64,000 bases of DNA from Chlorokybus atmophyticus (taxonomy: Eukaryota; Plantae; Mesostigma and Chlorokybus algae): assembly GCA_009103225.1 (NCBI GenBank), contig RHPI01003603.1, positions 23,480 through 87,479 of the forward strand. The letters run 5' to 3'. The notes below the pieces were generated by a model. It worked only from the letters and a program-made list of their open reading frames with translations. It was not told where the DNA came from and made no database searches. A program made the position numbers and the translations under genes. Every line of letters begins with the position of its first letter. The first letter of the stretch is position 1. This document shows, one piece after another, positions 38,401 through 50,705 of the stretch.

Positions 38401-39495
38401 ATGAGTACTAGCATATGGTTGCGTTGCTGATGGTAAACCTACCAATGCGTCTGCTTTATGTGATGTGGTCTGCTCTGTCGACCGTGCAGGGACAATGCCT
38501 ATGTCACGGCCAATAACAAATCCGTTATTGCTTACTATCCGCCTCGCCAGCGCGGCCATGGGCTTCAAGAGTTCATATGCCACCACACTGGGCTGGGAAG
38601 TGGTTGACAGCAGTGGGGAGGGTGTTATAGGCGTTGTTGAGGAGAGGACTCTTCTGGCTGCCAGCATTGCCAAAAGACCCGTTCCCGTGCTGTAGTGCAG
38701 ATACCAACGTGCGCACATCGTTTGCGGTCAGTACAGTAAACAAGATAATGACACAATGTTGCATGCAGATGGGATATTGGCTTACCCAATATCAATGACA
38801 TGGTCACCAGGTTGAATGTCAAGAGCAATGGCTTGCGCATAAGCTTCGTTGCGAATGTCATCATGTAACCTGCAGTTGATGAACCATAAGCATACCATCC
38901 ACGCACTGAGACAGCTACATGTGAGCTGCTCACATGCACGCACATGTCAAGGTATGCAGGGTTGCTGGCGATAAGGCTTTCGAGGCCAGTAGCATAGCTG
39001 TCGTCGGCCATTTTGTCATCGATGCCGTCATCGCCACCCACTTCATCAATTGGGACCCATTCGGGGAGGCCAGTTATTAAGTTTAGGCGCTGTAGAAGCA
39101 GGCGAGGAGGGCCCTGTCACCATGGATGGGATGTAAGCCCTTGGGTTAGCTACCTTGGTTCCTCTTATGTCGCAGTTCAGACATATGCAACCAACCAGGC
39201 TTGTTGAAGGCAGAGGCACTCAGCAGCACTGTGCATGTCAACGGCATGATGCGCATGCACACGATGCGCAAATCACCTGCAGCCCAACACGACAGTGCAC
39301 ATCTGTGTTTTGCTGCAAGTGACATGAAATGCATGATGTGGAGTTCAACGGGTATACACACTGTACCTTTGCCAGGACGTTGTCCTCCGCCTCCTCGACC
39401 AGCGCCGCTATCTCCCCGCCTGATGGCGGTGGTGAGATAGACAATGATGATGGCTGTTGAGTCTCTCTTGAAAGAGATTGTCGGGCTGCTTGCAT
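35468..39495 (-). CDS. PRMT7: Protein arginine methyltransferase 7 (tandem-domain PRMT7), ~12 exons; start uncertain
   Basis: LQRLNLITGLPEW, YLDM|LHDDIRNEAY...VIDIG|TGTGLLAMLAAR, EIFDSFLLGEG, MHVDG, W|FELQLD...YTTAP...WIDHWKQCV, EPYCLAAEGGLPWHHLQFW, QGFDLS, WQCGPGY, GCCHALVLWLDY...WLQAVKL. Confidence 0.92.
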
Positions 39496-40596
39496 GCTGC
39501 CCTTTATCACCTGGCACAAGTAAACCGTACACTATCTCGGAGATGGCAGAGACTGCAATGTATGCGACACTCATGTGGTATAAGCATCATGCAGAATCAA
39601 CCAGGAGAGGTGCGGCGTGCATTGCCTGAAGCTGTGCGTGACCCACCAAAACTACAGCATGAGCATGAGTGAGTACATTCACCACCAATGCTCGCACAAC
39701 TGGTGTCACTACATAGCCTCGACGCTGAACTAGCAGTGCTTAGTTCAATCTGAAGCCAAGAAACGAGTGCAGCATGCACTCGAAGAGCTGAGAAAGGAAA
39801 AGCAACAGCAAGCGCACAAAGCCATGCACCTGCTGCTGCTCTCGCTGCATAAGCGATTGAAACAACACACACACTGACAGACGAATGCAAAGCGTTGACT
39901 ACTGCGGCTTGCAACAGCCAGTCAGCACTGAACACAAGGCGTGCGAAACGTCCAGCGTGCACAAGCATGCATGTGTATGAGCTTGCAATGTGCTCGAGGC
40001 TCAGCTAACATTAATGGCGAACCCAGCCTCAACTTCATAAGACACCGTAACAACCACTCGCTGCATGCACACACGAGCCTTAGCCAGCAATGCATGCTAT
40101 CGCCAACTGCATTCGCTCACCAACACAAAGACGCTGCCGCTCACCAGCTCGCATGCTCAAGCGCCCGCTTCAGGCAGCCCGCTGTTGCGCCTCTCCAGCA
40201 ATGCACTCACAACGTCATTCCCACATCCTCACGAACACCGCCGCCTCCGCCGCCCACAACTGCTTTGCGGTTGACACCAGCAACAACAGGGACTATATTG
40301 CAAACGGCCACACCAGCAGTGCCATGGTGAGCTCGGAGCAGTAAGTGCGGCGTGGGCAGCGGCGGCGATGTCGGTGTAGATAGCGTTGGCGTTGCCTTCA
40401 GCGCCGCAGCATCTTGCGCTCGAAGCTGAGCTCAGCTGCAAGGCCAAAGACAAGCCAGGCTAAAATTGAGGTGAAACGTGAAAGCTGCAGCTGAGTGCTG
40501 CATGCTGCTGCGGAGGAGGCAGGCGGCGGCGGGGGTGAGAGTGTTGGGGCTGGGGAGGGGCTAGTTGCAGGGGTTGGTGTAGACTGGTTGGAAGGC

Positions 40597-43500
40597 ATGG
40601 GTAAGAAGGGAGGTAAGGCGAAGAAGCCCGGGAAAGGTCGGGAGAAGACGGAAAAGAAGACCGCCAAGAAGGAGGAGAAGCGAGCGAGGAAGGAGGATCT
40701 CAAAACCAAAGGCGATGAGGATGACATAGATGCTATCCTGGTAACAGCTGGCCTACTGCGAGGATGTACTTCAATTACTTCACTATCAAATCACTTGTCA
40801 TGCAGCAAGAGAGTGTTCGCAATTGCATGCTTACTTCACGTCATCATCTGCGTGCATTGTGCTGCTTGGCAAGCATGTCACGTTCGCAAGACAGCTGAAT
40901 TCAAACTGTGAGCAATTCAAGACGTACAGGCTTATTCTACGTGTTGTGACAATGCATAACAGTCTGCTGAGTGCACAGCCATGCAATCAAATAATCTGCC
41001 TTGGATTGCAAAACAAGAAGAAAACTGCGCAAATGCTGACCAGTGCACAACGCACACAGGCGAGCATCAAGAAGAAGGAGGCGGAACGCGTTGCTGTTGA
41101 CATTGAAGACAATGTGCCTGCACCCTCCCCGCGCTGTAACGCAACAGTAAGAGAAAGCCTGCATGAGATATGTATTGTCGGTACTGGTCATTCACGTTGC
41201 GTGTGAAACAGTTGACAGTGAACCCCATCAAGGACACAGAACTTGTGCTGTATGGCGGGGAATACTACAACGGTGACAAGGTACACGCTTGTTGTCAACG
41301 ATTGGGATGTGCATGAATAAGATTTGAACAAGCAAGATGTGTTGACAAACTTTAACACTCTTGTGGTGCTTACAGACGTATGTGTATGGCGACCTGTATG
41401 TGTATAGTATAGACAAAGGCACATGGAGAAAGGTATACACAAAGTTATCACACTACCGTCTCATTTTGGTTTTCTTATGGTGCGCTCATCTTCGTTCGCA
41501 TATGTGTGATGGCAGGTGTCAAGTCCCAGTAGCCCGCCGCCACGCAGCGGTCACCAAGCTGCTGCATGGAAGAGTTACCTCTTCATCTTTGGAGGGGAGT
41601 TCACGTCCCCAAATCAGGAACGTTTCCACCATTACAAGGTTGTGCACGCACGCACTCACATTCATTCACGCATGCGTGCGCGCACGCATGCGCACAGACA
41701 ATGTCTGGAGCATACTGACGAGAGTTGCTGCAGGACTTGTGGAGGTTGGATCTGAACACCTGGGCATGGGAAGAGCTCTCGCTTAAGAACGGGCCAACAC
41801 CGCGCTCGGGCCATCGGATGGCTTTGTACAAACATCAACTTTTCTGCTTTGGAGGCTTTTATGATGCGATGCGCGAGGCAAGTGTAGGGTGTACTCTTTT
41901 CTGCGCGAAGGGGAGCGAACTCTGTAGAGACAACCGCAATGTCTGTGCAGGTACGGTACTTCAACGACTTGTTTGTCCTCAACTTGGAGGACATGAAGTG
42001 GACCAAAGTTGAAAAGAAGCTCGGCGCGATATCGCCTTCACCACGCAGCGCTACGCAGCTGTTCACATGTGGGGACACGGTCGGTTAGCGTTTGTAGTTT
42101 ACTCGTGTCGCCACAACCTGCTTACCGTTAAGAACATAACCACACCGGAACCTTTGTGCTGTCAGCTTTACCTCTATGGCGGCTACTACAAGGACAGCGC
42201 AGTGCAGGCGAGCAGCGCAAAAGGCACCAATAGCAAGAACGCATCTGAAGCAAGCGACAAGGGAGTTGTGTACAGTGATGCTTGGAGTCTTGACCCGCGC
42301 ACGCTGGAGTGGGACAAGGTGCGTTTTGTGTTGCAATGCACATTCCATGCAGAGCAATCATGTCATGTAATTGTAGCTATTGACTGATTGGTCGACAGGT
42401 CAAACGCTTGGGGTCTCCTCCTGGTCCTCGTGCGGGCTTTACCATTGCAGGTGTGACAGCCACATTGTCTTCAGCAGCACATGCTCACCCAATTGCGTAG
42501 TTGGTGACAATGTTGCTTGCAGTGCACAAAACCAGAGCGATCCTCTTCGGGGGTGTGGTTGATGTTGACACGGGGGAGGACATCGAGTCTGTGTTCCAGA
42601 ATGAGATGTTTGCGTTCCAGGCTGATAATCGCAGATGGTGAGCTCACTGGTCATCAACATCGACGTCATGTCCTTGTGGCCCATGCAAATCTATGCACCT
42701 ATGCAGGTATCCATTTGCTCTGAGAAAGCAGAAGACAAAAACTCCTGCAGTTAAAGCTATCCCCATGAAGAAGCCAAACAAGCCTGTCTCAGATGATGAT
42801 GACAACAAAGAGGACAGCGATGTCGAAGTTGCCGGGGATAGGATGGATATTGCGGATGCTGAAGTTGATGACGGTGCGGCGCAGTTGCAAGCATTCAGGT
42901 CCTGTCATAACTGGTTGCATCGCTGATTGGCTAGTCTACTTGCTTGCAGACGTTGAAGTTGCTGCAAGCATGCAGAGTCAATCGCTGGTCGAGAACACCA
43001 ATGCCCCACAAACTGCAGCTCTGCCCGCCGACAATGTGGTAGAGCGTTGTGGTATCGTTGGTGCTGGCATGTTGTTGGCATACAAGTTGTTTTCCAAGCG
43101 ACAATTACACCAAGAAAGGAGACGCAATGCTGTTGTCGTTTGCAGGTTGCACCCTGCGGCCGCATGAATGCAAATGTGGTAGTAACAGGCAACAACCTGT
43201 ACTTGTATGGTGGCATCATGGAGATAGGATCACGTGAAGTGACACTCGACGACATGTGGCGATTGGACTTGAACAAGCTGGACGCTTGGCAGTGCATCAA
43301 CTCTGTATGTGTGTTGTGCACAAGTCTAGCTGCTTGAACCGCTTTACAAGCATGACACAGAACTACAACTACATGGTCTTCATGCAGGCAAGTGAGCGCA
43401 CAGACTGGGTAGAAAGTGAAGAGGAAGATGAGGACGAGGACGAGGACGATGACGAGGAGGACGATGATGACGAGGAGGACGAGGACGAGGAGGACGAGGA

Positions 43501-44317
43501 GGATGAGGATGAAGCAGATGGTAAGGAGGATAAGGACGCAAGAGTAGATCATCACGACGGCAATGAGGTAGATATATCAAAGATTTGCAAGTTTCACTTG
43601 CCTGCAACAGGATGCATGTTTTCACACCACTCTTGGACAGGCTGCACGCATGGCAGTTGAGAATGATGCAGAGGCCAGCGGGAGTGAGGGAGAAGGCGAA
43701 GCCAATGCACAAACTAAAGCCTCAGCTGCACGCGCACGAGGCGCAGCAGCACGTCGCAAAGGCATCAGGCAAGAAACTTCACTCACGACTGTCTACTAGC
43801 ATGCTTCTAGCAGCACTCGAGTGCTTGTTTGTGTCATTGCGCAGAGAGAAGCTAGAGAAGCTGCGCGCTGAGCTGGGCCTCGGAGATGTGTCGCGCACTC
43901 CACAAGCCGGCGAGACTTTGCGAGAGTTCTTCGTGCGCACAAGTCAACATTGGCAGGTTTGACAAGATTGGTTGACATCACAATGAACACGTGGTATGCC
44001 ACACCAAGCCCTAGCACATAAGCAAGCCTCACATGGTTGTTGCATGGCAACGCTGTCGTGCTTGATGCTGTCAATCACAGCAAGAGGTCTGCTGAGTATG
44101 CTTTTCGCAGCTGCAAGCGTATGAGATCACCTCGCACACGGGCAAGGCGCTGCGGCGCGACGGTTTTGAGCTGGCAGAGGCTCGATACCTAGAGCTGCGG
44201 CCTATACTGGACGAGGTTGAGAGGCTGGAGAAGGAGCAGGAGGAGGAAGAGAAGGAGGCAGAGAAGAGGCGGCATGAGCCAGGTAGCAAGGACAGCAAAC
44301 GCAAAGGGCGCAGGTAG
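40597..44317 (+). CDS. KLHDC4: Kelch domain-containing protein 4-like with acidic tract and DUF4110-type C-terminus
   Basis: MGKKGGK...DEDDIDAIL, PSPRCNAT|LTVNP...LVLYGGEYYNG, PPPRSGHQA...FIFGGEFTSPNQERFHHYK|DLWRL, PRSGHRM...FGGFYD, a poly-D/E tract, and RTPQAGETLREFFVRT...ALRRDGFELAEARYLELRPILDE. Confidence 0.93.
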
Positions 44318-45042
44318 CTTATGTGTCATAGCACCAGACAGTAATCAAGGGAATGCCATGTTGATCATCTTGTGTACTTCATTGATGGTGTGAAGGCATT
44401 CGATGCGTGTGCTTGCACTGCTTGCTTGCTCTCAAAATGCATGTAGCTGTTGATGCTGCGAGTATGACCTAACGTTAAAACACATGTGGGGTAGGCATAC
44501 GAAGTATACTAATCTTGCCGCATCTCCTTCCATACTTATGCACTGCTTTTCTGTTGATTACCCAACCACCTTACGTTTATTTGATGTTGACGAACACTAA
44601 CAGTTGGCAAGGCAAGGCGTCAATGGCAGCCAAAAACAATGGTTAAGGTTTGGTAGAACACAAGTCCGCACAACTTGTGCACAACATGCCCCAAGGTGTT
44701 CCAAGGCTGTCAACCAGGTATACTAGCTATGGTACACCATGACAACGACAATATCGATAACGACGACGACACCCTTGTGCTGCGTTATGTAGCACAGTTG
44801 ACATGTGGGGCAGCATCTCAGGGAGCGCACACGACATGATGTGACAGCCTTGACGTAACAGCGGGTTTTCGTGCTGGACTGTGCAAGTAGTTGCATGCAT
44901 GCGTAATTACAATCACGTCACTACCTCTGTTGCAGAAGCCACGCCACCAGCAGAGGCGATGACGAAGCCAAGCCGCCCCTGTTGCGCAATTTCAGCCCAA
45001 ATACACAGCCAGTGTGCTACAGCTGTTCTGTAACAGGCGGCG

Positions 45043-46993
45043 ATGAAGGGCGGCTACTGGAGTCAACTGAACGCCGACATTCTAGAGTTGGTGCTGGAGC
45101 GTGCAGGATGGCGAGACGCTGTGGCCGCGTCTCAAGTCTGCCGGTAAGTCCAGCAGCAACAGCACACAGTGAGTTGCCGAGCTGCCACAGCGGCTGAGCA
45201 AGGGTGAGAGCGTGTGAGACTACTCGTCTGCTGTATGCAGAGTTGGTTGCATGTACATCCCTGCTGTGAGCGTTGCATGTGAATCAGATATCAGTTGCTC
45301 AGCTTGATCGGTGATGTGACTGCTGGCTGGAATGGTAGAGATGCAGTGTGATGGATTTGTGTCATACGCATGCACACACAACTGTCTGAGTCGGTATGGT
45401 TGGCTTGCTTCATCACCCAAGAACCAAGTGGGTTGTGCATAAGAACCAAATGTGTTTGCCTTTTCAGCTCGTTTGTGTGCTGTTCTATACAATGACTGCT
45501 GCCAAGCTACACATCGCTCACAGTATGCATTGCGAGATTGCATGAGCTTAGTACTGTTCCAAAGTTCTGTACTGGCAAGATGTTCAGTCAGCTGCAGGCC
45601 ATGACTTTTATTCGCTTTTGGTGTGCAAAGCTCACAACACTGCGTGCATCAGCAAACGAAATGACATGCCAATTTCTGTGCCAGGCACTGGAACACAGCA
45701 TCCAAGCATGACAACCTCTGGCGGAAATACTGTGAGAGAGAATATCCCATTTACACCAAGCGACAGCAACAAAGCCCTAGCTGGCTCGCTGATTGGCGCA
45801 CGGTCTTCCTTGCTGCGCATTCATTGTCTGGTGACATTGTGCAGCAGCGCAGACATCACCCAACAAAAAAATGTACTTTATATCCACGCAAATTGAAAGC
45901 AATACTGGACGTGTGCTTCTGTGGCGCTGACCGCGTAGTGTCGGCCCGCCTTGGTCGGGGTGGCGTGTGGGAGCTGCATGTGTGTGTGTGTGTGTGGAAC
46001 CTATTGGATGACAGCTGTGGAACCTATTGGATGACAGCTGTTCAAGCATTCCGTGTGGGTTGTTACCCAATAGAGAGGTCTTGGGACGACGAGAAGAGTC
46101 ACGGATCCCCTACGCCATGACCCGCCTGTACTGGAACGGGCAGCTGCTGTTTGTGGCTGTGGACCTTACCTACTTTAGATTGCAGCTTCCTGATAGCCAT
46201 GCCAACTACCGCTTGGAGGTGTGGGACATCGAGCGCGCTTCACGTTTAAGGAGTGTCACTACAACGGAGTTGGTGCTGGCTGTCTATGGCAAACAAACAC
46301 CGTGGTGTGCTGGAAAGGGAGGAGACTCCGGCTGTGGAGGACACATTTGGACCAGTACAAGGTGTTGCCAGCGCACTTTGTAAAAAAGTTGGTGACTACC
46401 CCCTCAAGCCATCTATCGGGCTGAATGCAGCTGATGAGAATGAGGTGGGCACACTTTACGAAGACGGTGTAATAGTTTTCAACACCGCCACCGATGACTG
46501 CGTTCATGAAGTGGATTATACTGATGCGATGCATCGTCATGGCGTCAGTGACCACTTGGTGCTGCTCCCCACAGCTTTGGCTGGGATCAATTGCATACCA
46601 AGTGATGACTCTCGGTGGCACCCTCCCAGCAAGTTTCATCTATGGTCCGAGACTGGCGTGAATAGTGTAACTTGCACTCACGAACTTGAGGCCTATGGCG
46701 CTCAAGCTGTTTGCAGAACCAGTGGACACATGTTGTTGTGTTGTTTTGGCGGAGAGAATGCGGCCGATGATGAGGATGAGCGGTTGGCAAAGACATGGCT
46801 GCTGTGCAATGGCGCTACAGCCAAAGTGCGTTGGTTGAGCCGTACGAAGGATGGTGGTGTTGTTAGGTCCACTTGGCTCCAACTAAACGCTCCAGAGACG
46901 GAAACTGTCGTATGCAAGTTTGCTATATATGCCAACCGCGTGTGCTTTCACAGCGTGAACGGCGGAAGTCTTGAAGTTATAGATGTAGTGTGA
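45043..46993 (+). pseudogene. F-box protein with a beta-rich C-terminus, disrupted by frameshifts
   Basis: Exon 1 (45043-45143) MKGGYWSQLNADILELVLERAGWRDAVAASQVCR splices (45144-45684) to HWNTASKHDNLWRKYCEREYP...WRTVF. Downstream the frame is broken by a 23-bp duplication (45993-46038) and apparently two more shifts near 46290 and 46385. Confidence 0.75.
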
Positions 46994-48523
46994 TGAAGGC
47001 GTACATGTGTAAAATATATATGCGATGCAAGGAGTGTGACATGGGACTGGTGCTTGTGTAGTGCTAGTTAGGTGGCGTGATGATGAATAGTCCGTCGGCG
47101 AGAGAAAGCTCTTTAATACATAAATACGCATGCTTGTTTATGTATCGTTATTTATTTATTTATTTTGCACATGGGTGGGCAATCGATGAGTTTGTGCAAA
47201 CGCAATACGTGCGCTTGTGCGACATTGGCACTGGCTCCCCAACCATTGATCTATGTGTGACACAGACTGACGCACAACCGTTTGTGTGCATATACTGCAC
47301 CTTGAATGCTGCCTGCCTTGCTCAGCTGCTAGCAGATGGCGCGTGTTCAGCTATATGCTTCTCTGTGACAAGATTCATCAATCGGGCCACATATACACTC
47401 AGTCTTAGACACTTCACTTGACAGCCGTTTTTGTTCAATGTCAAAGCCGGGCCTCGCACTGGCATGCTCAAGTAGAGCGTGCAAGAAACAATATACGCCA
47501 GATGCCTTGACAGCTGCTGCTTGTAACGTCATTGATTATACCAACAACGCGTCAGGACCACATGTAATCAGAGCACTGCTAGCTTGTAAAAGGGTACATG
47601 GGTGTTCTAACGGCACTCGTTGCTGCACTAGCACGCCACCATCGGTCACACAACCACGGTCACACTGCTCACCCTTTCACAAGTACTACACGCTGTCGTG
47701 GTAAGGTTGGGCTGGCAAGCAAGCAGCTGCGCTTGGCTGCTGGTTGCATGCTTTTGCTATGCTGTGCTGTGCTGTGATAAGACATGCAGTAGCTGGTGGC
47801 GTCGAGAGTTGGCCTGCCGGGAAAGGTCAGGCTGCAAGGGCTACCTGGCTGGCTCGTTGTGTTGGGTGCGTTGCCTGTGTGAAACAAGATCTAAGGCACA
47901 ACTAGCGGCATGCACAAGGTGTATCGCACCCAACAGTGCAAGTCACATGCATAGCACACGTGCGTCGCAGACACCAGCCAGTATATACACCACCCGGCTA
48001 AGTAGTCACACCAAGCTGTACACTACCTAGCCTACTACTCCTACGGCCCACACCCCGTGCACCACACATGCATGACTCATACCCTATGCATGCATGTTCG
48101 CCAGCATCATCCGTAAGCTGTCCTAGGCACGAGTGTGTGCTTTCTGGCAGCCTGCAAGCTTCTGTTCCGCCCACAGCTGCATGTCTAACAGGGCTTGGGC
48201 TAGTAGTGAAGGTAGGTAGCCTATCGTAGGTAGTAGGTGGACAGCCCGGTGGTTAATGTAATTGCTGTCTGCGTGTTTGACACTATGTATGTTGCTTGCC
48301 CGTTACACACCATGCATGCTGGCACAGCAGCATACCCCATGTGTGTCCACTTTGACACTGTCAAGCACACCTTGCAGGAAACTTCTACGTGCCTCTGTAC
48401 GCCAACCCGAAATCATATTTGTGCTGATACAGTTCAAGGGCTCTGGAGAGACATTTCCCTCTCCTTTCCCAACACACGCTGTGAGATTCATGAGACAGCA
48501 GGGCAACGTGCCCCTCACAAACA

Positions 48524-50705
48524 CTAGGACTCCATGGGAGTTTCAATGTCTGCATACGCGTCCAAACTAACAGGGCTATTTCCCGTGACCATGTTGGCTC
48601 GGAGAGACTCAGGAGCAGCTTCCGCCACTGCCTCGTTGACCTTCTCCTCCACCTTGGCCAGATCTGGTGTCCCATCACCAATCCCGGGACTAACCGGCGA
48701 GTAATGTCCCATGTCGTGCCCGTTGGCTAGCGCCGACGGCATGCTGGGCACAGGCGTTGATGCGTTACTAGTACCATGTTGTGATGTCCTGCGGAGGCCC
48801 GCAGCCCGGTATACGGCCTCCTCGATCTGGTCTGCAACAGGGCCTTGGTCGGGCTTCATGAGTATATCCCACACGTGCTTGGACGCGCAGCGCATGACAG
48901 GGACCTCCAGCTCGCGGCGCAGCTTGGCAAACAGTTCTTCCCGAGTCATGCTTTCAAGCTCTTTTCGATTTTGATGCCGCAGCACGTTGCTGTTCAACAC
49001 AGACTCTGTCGTGAAGCGCTGCAGATGAACCTGACATAACAATAGCTGCATTACTGAGCTGCAGGAAAAAAACAGCGAATGACATCAGCTTGCACAGGGC
49101 TTGAGGTGAGCCTTACGTTGGACTTCAGCAGAGAGGTCACTGTGCTGCGCAGCGAGTCAAAAGTGCCATCAGCCATGAGCTGCTCCAGCACAACCTCCGG
49201 AGTGATTGTACCTGCCAGAGCGATTGCTCCTGTCAGCCGCGTGTTGCAAATGGCCACACATACGCACGCACACGCGCGCACACACACACACACACACATG
49301 GATGTGCACGTGCGCGCGCGCGCGCGCGCGCGCATGCAGGAGTGCAGGCAAACACATGAAAGACCTAAGGCCCACCTTCTTGTATGCGCAGCGTCTGCTG
49401 CGGCTGTGACTGCTGTTGTTGCTGCAATGCTGGCTGTTGTTGCTGCTGCTGCTGCTGCACAATTTGCTGCTGCTGCTGCTGCTGTGGTTGCACAGATTGA
49501 TCATAAGGCAGCGGCTGCCCGTACGGTGCAAACTGCATGGACTGGTTGGTCATGGGATAGCTCGTACTAGGACCCCAACCCGTCACGTCCTGCATCATCC
49601 CTGCTTGAGCCATGCTCATGTCCTGCCCCTGCCAATGGCCAGCGCCAGCGCCATACATCATTGAAGAAGGCGCCGCTGCCACCGGCGGCTGCGGGGTTCT
49701 GCAACGGTGGCATTCGCGTCTGTAGGGGTAATTGTCAAATGCACAATAAGGGTTAGGGCACTTCCACAATCCCGTCCTCGCATGCTCAGCTGCAACGCCC
49801 CTTGGAGCTTGACAGCGGTGGCATTCGGCACGTCGAGCGTAGTTGTTGAATGCACAGATGGTGCAGCGCCAGTCTCCACCTGGCGCTGATGTTGATGCTG
49901 GTTGTGGAGGTGGACCGGGCCCATGCTCTGAGTTGGCTGTTGTTGCTGTGGACGGGCGAGGGTGCGGGCGAGGGTGCTTGCAGACTTGGCACTCGGTCCT
50001 TTGTGAAGAGTTGTCATTGAAACAGGCTGCGCATTGCCAGGTGGCGCCTGCTGGTACACACGCATGCAATGGTCATCATAAGGGAGTCGGTGGCAGTCAG
50101 GAAGGAGCGCACGCATGCATGCAGTTCTGTGTGGGTTGCAGGAACACAAGCACAGACTTACATGCGAGCATGCATGCATATACGCGCTCCGCCGCAGGCA
50201 TACGCACACACATGCGTTTGACAACGCAACATCTGCACGAGGACAGCAAAATCACACTTGTTGAAAACGACAACCAGGATGAAACAACGCACATGAGTTC
50301 AACAGCCCTGAAAATTGCAGCTTGCAGTGATGATAACACTGCTGCTTATGGCAATGTAACACTGAACGCACAAGCACATGCAATTCCCACAGAAGCTGCG
50401 AACGTCTGTCGCTCATGCTCACCGTCAGCACTGGCGGCGGCGCCGGAGGGGCCAGCGGTGTTGTCGAGCTCGGCAATGCTGCGTGGCTGCTGGCATCGTC
50501 CGCACTCCTCTCTGCGTGCGTGATTATCGCAGGCACACACGGCGCAGCGCCAGCCGGCCTGGGCCTCCCACTTGGCCTTCCCGCACCGCTTGCACTCCCT
50601 CCTGAAGGAGAAATTAAGGTTGGAGCAGTCCCGGCTGCTGCATACCCAGTCACCACTACCTCCGCCCCCGACGGCCCTCGCCCTCGCTCCGGCCTCCACG
50701 CCCAT
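48524..50705 (-). CDS. Five RanBP2-type zinc fingers + Q-rich linker + Shg1/BOD1 (COMPASS-associated) domain
   Basis: Five W-x-C-x2-4-C-x3-N-x6-C-x2-C fingers (e.g. GDWRCTICAFNNYARRAECHRC). An in-phase intron at 49375-49230 leads to ITPEVVLEQLMADGTFDSLRS...N|VHLQ...SNVL...REELFAKLRRELEVPVMRCASKHVWDIL. Confidence 0.8.

Noticed and set aside
39370-39650. GNAT acetyltransferase fused to the N-terminus of PRMT7 (LVGHAQL..., ALVEEAE...GPPRLLL)
   Set aside because: No intact acetyl-CoA-binding R/QxxGxG motif in a consistent frame; the resemblance is too thin.
48020-48250. CTACCTA.../...TAGGTAG inverted ends suggesting a second small MITE
   Set aside because: The ends align only partially and no clear target-site duplication is present.
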